A DNA stretch of 64,000 bases from an uncultured Sangeribacter sp. (GTDB lineage: Bacteria; Bacteroidota; Bacteroidia; Bacteroidales; Muribaculaceae): the NCBI GenBank assembly GCA_964456155.1, contig CAYVZJ010000001.1:8660-72659 (forward strand), given 5' to 3'. Below, piece by piece: positions 38,371 through 47,803 of this stretch. Below the pieces are notes generated by a model that saw only the letters and a program-made list of their open reading frames with translations, was not told the origin of the DNA and did not search any database. Every line of letters starts with the position of its first letter. The stretch's first letter is position 1. The position numbers and the translations under genes were made by a program.

Positions 38371-39330
38371 ATGAGACGATATTTAAAATTTATACTATTT
38401 GCCATATCAATATGTATGGGATTAAACGGATATGGGCAGGCGAAAAAGCCTACGTTGATGTTTGTTCCCGCCGACACATGGTGTCATGCCAATGGATATA
38501 TGATAAATGTGTCTAATCAAGGCCGTGATTCTTCTATTCCTGACTATGAGAAAGCCTTGCGTGAAGATATGGATATTGCCAATGTGCTTGTAAAGTTGGG
38601 TGAATTGATGTCAGAACGCGGTTTTGATGTTAAGGATATGTCATCGATAATTAAAACGATTAATCAGAATAGCGCAGAGGATGAAATGACCACCAGTCGT
38701 TCGTCAGGCGCGACATTATCAGAGACTCCTCTTGACCGTCTATATAATAGAGCAAAGGCAGATGTGGTAGTAGAAGTGGGTTACAAGCTTAACAACATTG
38801 GCCCAAAAAGTTCTGTGACATTCACCTTAAAAGGTCTTGATGCTTATAGTAATAAGCAGGTAGCTGCTGCGCAAGGCACAGGCCCGGCCTCCTTTACAGC
38901 GGAGGTGCCGGTGCTTCTGGAAGAAGCAGTTTTGGAACAGATGGATAATTTCATGGCTCAATTGATGGATCATTTTATGGATATGATTGATAACGGGCGT
39001 GAAATCATCTTAACCGTACGCATTTTTGATAACGGCTCAGGGCTGAGTATGGAGGATGAATATGGCGGTGAAGAGTTGACGGACATCATTGATTCATGGG
39101 TTAATGCCAATACCGTTAAACACAGATATAATCTTAGTGATGCCACGGAGACAACCTTGCATTTTGAGCAAGTAAGAATACCGGTATATAAGGAGAATGG
39201 TCAGGCTATGGATGCGCGGGCTTTCTCAAACCAATTGCGTAAATACCTGTCGAAAGCGCCTTACAATATAACATGTAAAATTTTGACTAAAGGTCTGGGT
39301 CGAGCAGATGTAGTCCTTGGTGAGAAATAA
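38371..39330 (+). CDS. secreted protein of unknown function
   Basis: 319 aa with a signal peptide ending GYGQA, then KKPTLMFVPADTWCHANGYM. Possibly a Bacteroidota-specific DUF family, which I cannot verify. Confidence 0.65.
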   Translation: MRRYLKFILFAISICMGLNGYGQAKKPTLMFVPADTWCHANGYMINVSNQGRDSSIPDYEKALREDMDIANVLVKLGELMSERGFDVKDMSSIIKTINQNSAEDEMTTSRSSGATLSETPLDRLYNRAKADVVVEVGYKLNNIGPKSSVTFTLKGLDAYSNKQVAAAQGTGPASFTAEVPVLLEEAVLEQMDNFMAQLMDHFMDMIDNGREIILTVRIFDNGSGLSMEDEYGGEELTDIIDSWVNANTVKHRYNLSDATETTLHFEQVRIPVYKENGQAMDARAFSNQLRKYLSKAPYNITCKILTKGLGRADVVLGEK

Positions 39331-39341
39331 ATAATTCTATA

Positions 39342-40274
39342 ATGAAAAGGAGAAGTATAATATTGCTGACCGCATTGGCTACCGTCTTTATCTGCCGTAG
39401 TGTTAATTGTGATCTTCATATTCAAGTTATTAAACCTACAGCGGAGATGTGTGGTGGCGATGCAGGAGTCGCAACACAGTTAGCTAACAGACTTGTCAGG
39501 GTCTTAACGATGGATGGGGTCACAGCAGATGACAGTTACGGTCAGCTATACGTTACGGGTCGTTTTGATGACAGCTACAGAGAGACAGTAGCCGGGCCGC
39601 CTGTGAGTACCGTAGTCCATACCACTCTGACTCTAATGATGGCAGATATGTTCGGTAATAAAGTTTTTGATACTGAAAGTTTTGAATTGCGCGGTGTTGG
39701 AACAAGTGTTCAGAGGGCATATTTAAATGCCTTATCTCAGGTAAATGCCAATAATTCTGCCTTACGCAGTTTTGTAAATCGAGCTCAGAATAAAGTGATA
39801 TCCTATTTTGATGCCAACTATAAGACTCTTCTCAGTAAGGCGGCCTCAGCTGCCTCGCGTCATGATTATGAGCAAGCTTTATATTTCGCCGGTTTGATTC
39901 CGGAATGTTCGCGTGGATATTCGGAGGCGGAAAGAATGCTGACCAAATATTGGCAGGGATACATTGACTTAGAGGGCACTAAGTTATTGAATCAGGCAAA
40001 GAGTGCTTTTGCCGTTTCGCCAAATGAGACCGGTGCAGTTGAAGCGTATGGATTTATAAATTCAATTGATCCCTCATCTTCTGCTTACGGAGCGGCAATG
40101 AAATTTGCAGAAGAGGTAAGGAAGCAGACTAAAGCCGAGTATGATTTCGAGGTTCATAAAAAGTATGAAGATGAGATAGGTATAAGACGCAGCAAGATAG
40201 ACGCCGCTCGTCAGATTGGAGTCGCCTATGGTAAGGGTCAGAAATCAACAACTACAAATATACTTTGGAAATAG
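39342..40274 (+). CDS. secreted protein of unknown function with a helical C-terminal half
   Basis: 310 aa with an N-terminal hydrophobic signal. Carries the block RGVGTSVQRAYLNALSQV. The C-terminus is Ala/Glu/Lys-rich and helical. Confidence 0.6.
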   Translation: MKRRSIILLTALATVFICRSVNCDLHIQVIKPTAEMCGGDAGVATQLANRLVRVLTMDGVTADDSYGQLYVTGRFDDSYRETVAGPPVSTVVHTTLTLMMADMFGNKVFDTESFELRGVGTSVQRAYLNALSQVNANNSALRSFVNRAQNKVISYFDANYKTLLSKAASAASRHDYEQALYFAGLIPECSRGYSEAERMLTKYWQGYIDLEGTKLLNQAKSAFAVSPNETGAVEAYGFINSIDPSSSAYGAAMKFAEEVRKQTKAEYDFEVHKKYEDEIGIRRSKIDAARQIGVAYGKGQKSTTTNILWK

Positions 40275-40278
40275 AAAC

Positions 40279-41928
40279 ATGAATTATTTAACATTGAAAC
40301 GATTTGCGATAGTGGTATGTATGACCTCTGTGTCGCTTTTATCCGGCTACTCACAGACCTTAAATGTAGTGCAGGAAAAGGATAAATTCGGATATGCCGA
40401 TGAGTCAGGAAAGATAGTGATAAAACCGAATTATAAGGTAGCCTATCCTTTTGAGAATGGAAAAGCAAAGGTTCAGAAAGGTGATAAATGGGGTTATATT
40501 GATACTGCAGGCAAACCCGTAGTAAAAATTGAATATGACAATATCGAAGATTTTAAAAATGGGATTGCTTTAGTCAAGAAAGGGAAAAATTATGGCTACA
40601 TCCGCGAAGATGGCAGCATTTACATTTCGCCTGACTTTAATTATATCGGAAGCATTAACGAAGATGGGTACGTATGGGTGGCTAAAGGAAAAACATTAGA
40701 TGCCGCATTAAAAGGACTTTATAAGGAGGACAAACTCATCATACCTGTTAAATACCAATCTTTGGGCTTTTATTTCCCCACCGATTCGATAGATTATACC
40801 TCAGGGGCACCAATAAATTTTGTGGATGCCTTTCCTGCCAATCATGAGATTAAATCAAATCTTAGCAAGCTGACTACTTCAAAGCATCCTTATATCTGGG
40901 CTATGAGTTTTTATAAGACTGCTATTTTTGATGAAGATGGCAAACAATTGATTAAACCGACCGCCGGCAATTTAGGTATGCCTAAAGATGGGTATACCTT
41001 AAATAAAGTCTATGCGAGGAAAGGAAAGAATATATCGACAAAAAGCAATTTTATCAGTGCTGATGGTAAAAATTCAAAACTCCTCAAAAAAGACGTAGAG
41101 CAACCTATAAATGAGGAAACTCCGCTATATTTGTGTGAGCCGTTTGAAAATGGCCTTGCCCTCTGTGCTACTGGTAAAGCCAGCTATCTTATCAATACGT
41201 CAGGAAATATAGTTGCCAATAATTTTGAATCTCTTAAACGAGTGTCCGGTCAGGGATATATTACCAAAGTAAATGGTAAATCCGGCATTTTAGATCTTTC
41301 CGGCAAAGAGAATGTAGCGCCGCTCTATTCGGATATTCAGGTCGCCTCAATTCCAGACCGGGTATATGGTGCACTTAACGAAAATGGATACTGGGGTTAT
41401 ATTTCCTTGAATGGTGAGGAAATCATACCCTTCAAATATTCGGGCGCCGGTCCGTTTGTAGGGGGCAAGGCATACGTACAAGATGGTGATTATTTCGGTG
41501 TTATTGATACCAAAGGGAATTACGTGGTACGCAATCAATGGGCCGGTATCATTCCCCCCGAAGATCCGGCATGCGACTATATATGGGTATTAGGCCCTAC
41601 ATCACAAAAGTGGACACCTCACAAGATATCCTCTGATAAGCAGGCTTTTGCTCTCGAAGTGGACGATGCATCAAAATTTGACAGCGCAGGTCGCTCTTAC
41701 ATTGTAATGGACGGTCATATCGGAGCTGTTTCAACTGATGGTACTTTTATTTTACCGGTGATGTTTACCTCGCCGGAAGTAGCAGTATTGGCTATGCGTT
41801 ATATAGATGAAAACGGCAAGCCTAAAATGGAGCAGATTGATGCATATAGATTTAACATCTACAATCATCCGAATTTGAAAAATTATCGTCTATACCAGAC
41901 AATAGAATCAGAAATGTGGGATTATTAA
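40279..41928 (+). CDS. WG-repeat (KWG-type) containing secreted protein
   Basis: Repeated units such as DKFGYADESGKIVIKPNY, GDKWGYIDTAGKPVV, GKNYGYIREDGSIYISPDF, NGYWGYISLNGEEIIPFKY and GDYFGVIDTKGNYVV. The start is placed at MNYLTLKRFAIVV, after the previous stop. Confidence 0.75.
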   Translation: MNYLTLKRFAIVVCMTSVSLLSGYSQTLNVVQEKDKFGYADESGKIVIKPNYKVAYPFENGKAKVQKGDKWGYIDTAGKPVVKIEYDNIEDFKNGIALVKKGKNYGYIREDGSIYISPDFNYIGSINEDGYVWVAKGKTLDAALKGLYKEDKLIIPVKYQSLGFYFPTDSIDYTSGAPINFVDAFPANHEIKSNLSKLTTSKHPYIWAMSFYKTAIFDEDGKQLIKPTAGNLGMPKDGYTLNKVYARKGKNISTKSNFISADGKNSKLLKKDVEQPINEETPLYLCEPFENGLALCATGKASYLINTSGNIVANNFESLKRVSGQGYITKVNGKSGILDLSGKENVAPLYSDIQVASIPDRVYGALNENGYWGYISLNGEEIIPFKYSGAGPFVGGKAYVQDGDYFGVIDTKGNYVVRNQWAGIIPPEDPACDYIWVLGPTSQKWTPHKISSDKQAFALEVDDASKFDSAGRSYIVMDGHIGAVSTDGTFILPVMFTSPEVAVLAMRYIDENGKPKMEQIDAYRFNIYNHPNLKNYRLYQTIESEMWDY

Positions 41929-41946
41929 TTCAATCAAGTAGCAATT

Positions 41947-43164
41947 ATGAAATTAAATAAAATCATTTTATTATCACTTTTATGCGCCACTGTAGCAGGT
42001 GCGAAAGCCGATAAACCTAAAGAGATATCCGATACGCAGTATAGAAGAAGCTCAATTTGCAGTTTTCTTGTATCCCGTACCGACCAATCGCGTTATCCTC
42101 AGATACAAGAAAAGTTTCTTGAAATTCCGACTCCTGACCAATATAATAATCATGATTTGAGTGTGCGTGTCATAAATGTAGATAAAAAGGGCGCATACAA
42201 GGATAGCATTGCAGAATGGCTCGATCGTCATCAAATTGCCAGTCGATTGGTGGGTCGTTGGTTTGACAGAAATGTCTTGACGGGAGAGTGTTCGCTTGAT
42301 TTGGTAAAGGAGCGAGGTCTTTATAATGCAAGCGAGTTGGATCGTGAGTTGGCTAAACAATCACCACGAGGCATGGCCATGCTTGCGGATGCGGGAGAAG
42401 ATTTAATTGGCAATACATTCGTATTGGTTCATGAAGCCCATTACATAGATAACGCCAACCGCAGTAAAAATGTAGGCACCGGATTACGAATATTTGGTGC
42501 GGTGGCTGGAGCATTCCTCGGCTCAGGAGTAGGTGATTTGTTTGACAGTATGGCTTCTTTGGCTGAAACGTTTAAAGGCTTTCGTGTAAAATTCCATACG
42601 AGTCTTTATCAGTTGGTATGGGATGATGAGGCTTCCGGCACATTCTACAAGACGCACTTTGCATCCAAGCCGGATGATCCCAACGGGAAACGTTTTGAGA
42701 ATGAGCGTAGCAAATACAAATTGCAGTATATAGGAGAGGTGGAATCAAGCGGTTCGCAAAATTCCTTCCTTGGTATAAGTGAAGAGCATCCCGATATTAT
42801 GATTCGTAAGGCGTGTCAACGTGCTATTGATGATAATGTCGCAGACTTGCAGAAAGCTTTTGATGTATTCCGAGTAAAGTCTCCTATTGTAGCAGTAAAT
42901 GGTAATGAAGTCCTTGTGCCCATAGGCTTGAAAGAGGGTTTGAATGAAAATTCAGAATACGAGGTGCTCGAGCCGCAGGAAAAAGATGGTAAAATTGTTT
43001 ACAAAAAAATAGGAACGATAGCTCCGGTAAAAGGCAAAATATGGGATAACAGATATATGGCGCTTGAAGAAGGTGCCTATGGAGCTGATTTCAATGCCAC
43101 TACGTTTGCAGTTAAATCGGGCTCTACTCCTTACGAGGGTCTATTGGTGCGTCAGCTTAAATAA
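41947..43164 (+). CDS. secreted protein of unknown function
   Basis: 405 aa with signal peptide MKLNKIILLSLLCATVAGAKA. No family was recognised. Confidence 0.6.
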   Translation: MKLNKIILLSLLCATVAGAKADKPKEISDTQYRRSSICSFLVSRTDQSRYPQIQEKFLEIPTPDQYNNHDLSVRVINVDKKGAYKDSIAEWLDRHQIASRLVGRWFDRNVLTGECSLDLVKERGLYNASELDRELAKQSPRGMAMLADAGEDLIGNTFVLVHEAHYIDNANRSKNVGTGLRIFGAVAGAFLGSGVGDLFDSMASLAETFKGFRVKFHTSLYQLVWDDEASGTFYKTHFASKPDDPNGKRFENERSKYKLQYIGEVESSGSQNSFLGISEEHPDIMIRKACQRAIDDNVADLQKAFDVFRVKSPIVAVNGNEVLVPIGLKEGLNENSEYEVLEPQEKDGKIVYKKIGTIAPVKGKIWDNRYMALEEGAYGADFNATTFAVKSGSTPYEGLLVRQLK

Positions 43165-43200
43165 TACCGAAAGGACAATACTATATTTTAAGGAAAGAGG

Positions 43201-43233
43201 CAGAGGGTGTACCGGCGGTCGGTACACCCTCTG
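43201..43233. terminator. 14-bp-stem GC-rich hairpin between convergent genes, sequence relative of 27521-27555
   Basis: CAGAGGGTGTACCG gcggt CGGTACACCCTCTG. It differs from the 27.5-kb copy by a compensatory G:C to A:T change in the stem. Confidence 0.7.
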
Positions 43234-43244
43234 TGTCGCTATAT

Positions 43245-44390
43245 TTATTTATTGTAAGAGGTGCTATCGGTTATGTCGTAACGGGTCAATGCTTTGCAAC
43301 CGGAACGTAATTCTTCAATAATTTCCAGGCATCGGTCTTCTGACAGTTTGATTTTCCTGCCTACAGCGATGAAATCATTGAGTCGGGGATGGCCGGTTCC
43401 GTTGACGGAGGTGGCGTGTTCTCCATTATATCCTTCGGTACTGAGTGTTAGATCGTAAGCAGGAGCAAGTCTCCACTTCCATGAATTCGTCTCTTCATCT
43501 CTGATTACATAAAAGCTGAAATTTTTGCAATGATCATCCTTATTATCCGTCAGATAATTGAATATCATTCGTCGATACATTTGTTCAACATCTTCAGTTC
43601 TTTGGGTGATGAAACCGGTAAGAGCGAGCAGGTTAGAATAATCCATAAACGGCTCGCGTAGAGAGATGCCCAGCAATCCTCCTGCAGTAGCGGTATGTAT
43701 CCTATTTCCGTTCTGATCTATGTCAAATCTTCTGGATGCGAAATAACGGTCATTGATAAGCCGGAAGTCGGGCACGGTAATGCCACACTTTCGAGCCACT
43801 GTATTATAATGGGCTTCCTGTACGTCAATATCTTTTGGGTCATAAGTATGCCGGAACTTTACAAGCCAGTGCCCTTCGCTATCAGAGAATACGGCTTTGG
43901 GTCTTGCACCGCCGCTATTGCCACTATTGTATAACAACCAACCGGCATCTTTATCTTGATGCTCTTTCAAAACTTCAAGGGCAATCTGCTGAAGCCGATC
44001 AAAATCCGTTAATGTTTCCTCATATTTGAGATAATTTGAGGGAGAATATGTCAACGCACCCATCCCATTGTCGCCTACCAATGCGAGACGATCTAAGGAT
44101 GTAAGACCCCCATCGTTTATGCCAATAGAGGCCAATGCTTTATGGAGTAGATACCGGCCGTATCCGTCGGGGAGACTATCCTCAAATATGCCGAAATTAC
44201 CATTAAAAGGATGCGCTTTCGCAATGAATAGGCCGGGTTTCAAGGGTAGTTCAAGCGGAGAGATGCTAAATCCCTCGGCAAGCCAAGATTTGTCATACTC
44301 AAATGCGTTGAGTCGATTGTCAGGCGTAAGGGTAAGCTTGCCTACCGGTCTTTCATGAAAGGACACTTGAAGTGTATCAATTTTTTTCAT
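43245..44390 (-). CDS. hipA: HipA-family kinase toxin (type II TA)
   Basis: 381 aa. N-terminal coupling domain (VGKLTLTPDNRLNAFEYDKSWL), catalytic loop DDHCKNFSF, and LAPAYDL. Confidence 0.85.
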   Translation of the reverse strand: MKKIDTLQVSFHERPVGKLTLTPDNRLNAFEYDKSWLAEGFSISPLELPLKPGLFIAKAHPFNGNFGIFEDSLPDGYGRYLLHKALASIGINDGGLTSLDRLALVGDNGMGALTYSPSNYLKYEETLTDFDRLQQIALEVLKEHQDKDAGWLLYNSGNSGGARPKAVFSDSEGHWLVKFRHTYDPKDIDVQEAHYNTVARKCGITVPDFRLINDRYFASRRFDIDQNGNRIHTATAGGLLGISLREPFMDYSNLLALTGFITQRTEDVEQMYRRMIFNYLTDNKDDHCKNFSFYVIRDEETNSWKWRLAPAYDLTLSTEGYNGEHATSVNGTGHPRLNDFIAVGRKIKLSEDRCLEIIEELRSGCKALTRYDITDSTSYNK

Positions 44391-44758
44391 TTGGTGTTGC
44401 GTGATGTCGGGGTGGTGGGGTAGGCTCTTTTATCGTGGCTTTTTTTTCGTATGAGCTGCAGCTCTTCCATCGTGTCAAACTTGGGAGCGGAAAAGAGGGC
44501 TTTTACTTCCGAAGTATAACCGAGTGCGACAGCTAATTTGATAAGCGACTCAAAAGCAATGAGACCCTTCTGCTCAAAGCGCGCCAAAGTGGATAAGGGG
44601 ACTCCCGACATTTCCGAAATACGTTGTCTGGTAAGATTTTTCTCTACTCTGCGCTTGCGGAAATTCTCAGCAACCTCCATCATGATATCCTCGGGATTAT
44701 CAAGAGTAAAATTGTCTAATATTGACAATATATTATTACTATTGGCTTGAAATGGCAT
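44387..44758 (-). CDS. XRE/HipB-like HTH antitoxin
   Basis: HTH region NLTRQRISEMSGVPLSTLARFEQ. A 4-nt ATGA overlap with hipA. The start is placed at ATG 44758 (MPFQ...) because the track start at 44809 is a TTG lying inside a promoter-like element. Confidence 0.7.
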   Translation of the reverse strand: MPFQANSNNILSILDNFTLDNPEDIMMEVAENFRKRRVEKNLTRQRISEMSGVPLSTLARFEQKGLIAFESLIKLAVALGYTSEVKALFSAPKFDTMEELQLIRKKSHDKRAYPTTPTSRNTK

Positions 44759-44778
44759 AATACTGCTAATATATTGTG

Positions 44779-44810
44779 TAAATTTAGCAATTATTTCTGA
44801 TAATGCCAAA
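44779..44810 (-). promoter_or_regulatory. predicted promoter of the hipBA-like operon
   Basis: On the minus strand: TTTG (44810-44807), 20 nt of spacing, TAAATTTA (44786-44779, one mismatch to TAnnTTTG), then 20 nt to the ATG at 44758. Confidence 0.35.
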
Positions 44811-44820
44811 GGATTGGAGT

Positions 44821-45393
44821 CTAATTGGCGCCTCCGTAGGGGGTCATGTGATAGCCGAGGGCGTTCAGCTGCATGGCCATACCGACGAGGTATAGCTGAT
44901 GCAGGGCTGCGATGTAGCAGCCGAAGGCCGTCTGCGTGCCCGGCTCTACATGCTCATGGCGCAGAAGACTATCTACGCGTGAGGCACATTCAGCCACGAG
45001 TTCGGTAACCTTCTCTGCCGCCTCATCCTTGTATCCGAGGATATCCTCCACTACTGTCTCATCGAGCATATCATAGCCCTTGCGGTCGCGGATAGCCTCA
45101 TAGAGTCCCGTTTCCTTAGAGTATTTCTCCCAGTCTGTGTCCCAGTAGAAAGCCATAGCCATACCGACAAACATCATCCATCCCAGTGACACTACCGGAT
45201 ACTGTTGAAATTCGCGAGCGCCGTCGGGCAGATATGCACGTGCTATCTCAGGCCATCTCTCTTCGACATCCGGACACTCCGGCACGTGCGCATCGAGGGC
45301 ACCTTTGTCTTGCAGAAATTTTACAAGGTCTTCACGCACCTTTTTCTCAAACTCATCCACTAATTTCTTATCACCTATATTTTCCATAATCAT
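44821..45393 (-). CDS. hypothetical conserved protein
   Basis: 190-aa ORF with backbone-like composition. No family was recognised. Confidence 0.55.
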   Translation of the reverse strand: MIMENIGDKKLVDEFEKKVREDLVKFLQDKGALDAHVPECPDVEERWPEIARAYLPDGAREFQQYPVVSLGWMMFVGMAMAFYWDTDWEKYSKETGLYEAIRDRKGYDMLDETVVEDILGYKDEAAEKVTELVAECASRVDSLLRHEHVEPGTQTAFGCYIAALHQLYLVGMAMQLNALGYHMTPYGGAN

Positions 45394-45492
45394 AAGTCAT
45401 TTATTATGGTAACAATCGGGCGAGCCGATAGTTTTTTTATCAGTTTTTGAGATTTAGTTTGCGGGAGTGAGAATTATTATTTAAATTTGTCG

Positions 45493-45672
45493 GTGATATG
45501 GTTGGCGCAAGCCATTAAAAGGGAACCGGGTGCGAATCCCGGACAGTCCCGCTGCGGTAAGTCTCTAAAACAGACCCTCCCCACGACACTGTCACTGATG
45601 TGTCCGGCCACTGCCTCATTTACGAGGTGGGAAGGCGGAGAGAGGTTGAGACAAGTCCGAAGACCTGCCTTA
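45493..45672 (+). promoter_or_regulatory. cobalamin (B12) riboswitch
   Basis: AAAAGGGAACCGGGTGCGAATCCCGG core, B12-box GCCACTG at 45607-45613, GGGAAGGCGG, and the 3' end AGTCCGAAGACCTGCC. It sits directly upstream of a TonB-dependent receptor. Confidence 0.9.
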
Positions 45673-45717
45673 TCATATATAGTTTTGTAGTACACGGGTT
45701 AATAGGCAACAAAACAC

Positions 45718-47757
45718 ATGAGAAGTAGGAAAGGAAAATATCCTGTTTTGTTGCTCGTAGCCATGATGGCGTCGGGCAATTTTTATTGTGAGGGTGTGGA
45801 GGTAAGCCACGTCCGCAGTGAGTTGGTTGACACGGCTACGGTCAAGGCCACAGTGCTCAATGAGGTTGAGGTGGTGAGCCGCGCTGAAGACAGAGCGGTG
45901 ACCTCGGTGATGCCCTTGCAGATAATGACTCAGGTAGAGATAGAGCGTCTGGGCATCACGGATATCGCCGACGCCCTGCGTCGCTTTTCGGGCGTCAATA
46001 TACGAGATTACGGCGGCCTGGGAGGTGTCAAGACCGTATCTGTCCGCAACATGGGCGCCTCCCACACGGCGGTGAGTTATGACGGTATCCCCGTAGATAA
46101 CATCGAAGGGGGACAGGTGGATATCGGTCGCTTTTCGCTCAATAATCTGTCACGACTGACGCTTGCCGTAGGCCAGGAGAATGACCTGTTGCAGTGTGCA
46201 AGGCTATACACATCGGCTGCTACGGTGGGTATCTCTACCCGTCGACCTGAGTTTCGTGACGGGCGCCGCTTCAGTCTGGAGGCAAAAGTGAATACCGGCT
46301 CATGGGGATATGTGTCTCCTTATTTGAAATGGTCGCAGAGGGTGAGTGAGAAGGTGAGTTTTTCGATTGACGGTGATTATACTCATTCCAACGGTGACTA
46401 TCCATTCAGCATAGCCAACGGCACGGCGACAGTCAAGGAGCGTCGCTCTAATTCACGAATTGATAACGGCCATTGTGAAGGAAATATATATCTCAACTTC
46501 TCGCCCTCTCATCAGCTGGACGTAAAGGGCTATTTCTATGCCTCTCAGCGGGGAGTGCCGGGAGCAGTGACGCTTTACAATCCCGTCTCTACGGAGACAT
46601 TGAAGTCACGTGAAGCCTTCGTGCAGATGAAATATAAAGCCACGCTGTCATCCCGCTGGCGTCTGCAGGTGATGGGTAAATATGCCAATGGCTGGACGCG
46701 CGAGCGCGAGACGGGTGTGCAATATGCCGGAGGGCTATGGCAAGCAGACTATACGCAGAATGAAGGCTATCTCTCCGCCTCTGCGACGTATACGCCCATA
46801 TGGAGACTGACGCTGGGCGTAGCCCAGGATGTAATGTACAACACCCTCTCATACACCCGGGAAGAGTGCCCGTTCCCCTCGCGTATTGCCTCCTTTACAG
46901 CCTTGTCCGCTCGCTTCAACGGCGGCAGATATGAGGTGACGGCCAACCTTACCGGCGTAGCGACTTCAGAGCATGTGAGAAGCGGAAATGCGCCGGATGC
47001 GTTCAAGTGTCTGAATCCATCGCTGGGGGCTACCTGGCAACCACTTGAGACAGTGGAATGGCGTCTGCGTGCATTGTATAAGAAGACTGACCGTCTCCCC
47101 ACTTTCAACGACCTATATTACGACCGTCTCGGCGTGAGGACATTGCGCCCCGAGCGTGCCGACGAATTCAATTTAGGCACCACATGGATGGGTGTCTTCA
47201 ACGGCGTGCTGGATTATTGCTCTGTCACCTTAGACGGCTATTTTAATAAGGTAAACGACAAGATAGTAGCGATGCCCTCCACTCACAACTGGCGCATGAT
47301 GAATTATGGCAAAGTATGGATGTATGGTATGGATATCAATGCATTCTTGTCATTTCCACTTACTCACCGTATGCACCTCAACCTTTCAGGCGCTTACAGC
47401 TTGCAGCAGACCTCCGACCGCACCAATCCATCCTCCTCAAATTATAAGGCCGAGTTGCCCTACTCTCCCCGTCACTCGGGCAATCTCGCGCTGACCTTCA
47501 CTTCACCCTGGATTGAGGCGGGATATTCGCTCGTAGGAGTGGGGAGATGCTATTATATGGCTCAAAACACGCCGGCCAACGTCTTGCACGGATATGTAGA
47601 GCAATCCATATCCTTAGGCCATGAGTTCTCGCTGAAGACCTGCCGGCTGAGCGTGCGCGGAGAGATACTTAATCTCGGAGATGCGCGATATGAAGTGATC
47701 AAATACTATCCTATGCCGGGCAGGTCATTTCGCATATCGCTCAATTTCAGTCTGTGA
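45718..47757 (+). CDS. btuB: TonB-dependent receptor, B12-type
   Basis: 679 aa. Plug-domain motifs (ITDIADALRRFSGVNIRDYGG) and a riboswitch-controlled context with B12 ABC genes. Confidence 0.85.
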   Translation: MRSRKGKYPVLLLVAMMASGNFYCEGVEVSHVRSELVDTATVKATVLNEVEVVSRAEDRAVTSVMPLQIMTQVEIERLGITDIADALRRFSGVNIRDYGGLGGVKTVSVRNMGASHTAVSYDGIPVDNIEGGQVDIGRFSLNNLSRLTLAVGQENDLLQCARLYTSAATVGISTRRPEFRDGRRFSLEAKVNTGSWGYVSPYLKWSQRVSEKVSFSIDGDYTHSNGDYPFSIANGTATVKERRSNSRIDNGHCEGNIYLNFSPSHQLDVKGYFYASQRGVPGAVTLYNPVSTETLKSREAFVQMKYKATLSSRWRLQVMGKYANGWTRERETGVQYAGGLWQADYTQNEGYLSASATYTPIWRLTLGVAQDVMYNTLSYTREECPFPSRIASFTALSARFNGGRYEVTANLTGVATSEHVRSGNAPDAFKCLNPSLGATWQPLETVEWRLRALYKKTDRLPTFNDLYYDRLGVRTLRPERADEFNLGTTWMGVFNGVLDYCSVTLDGYFNKVNDKIVAMPSTHNWRMMNYGKVWMYGMDINAFLSFPLTHRMHLNLSGAYSLQQTSDRTNPSSSNYKAELPYSPRHSGNLALTFTSPWIEAGYSLVGVGRCYYMAQNTPANVLHGYVEQSISLGHEFSLKTCRLSVRGEILNLGDARYEVIKYYPMPGRSFRISLNFSL

Positions 47758-47803
47758 GGTATAAATTCGATAATCAGGCAAAATAAAAAAGTTAATTTAA
47801 AAT

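Noticed and set aside
44759-44809. Long (140-aa) form of the HipB-like ORF
   Set aside because: The track start is a TTG that coincides with a -33-like TTTG of a promoter-like element. An ATG at 44758 with proper spacing is more plausible.
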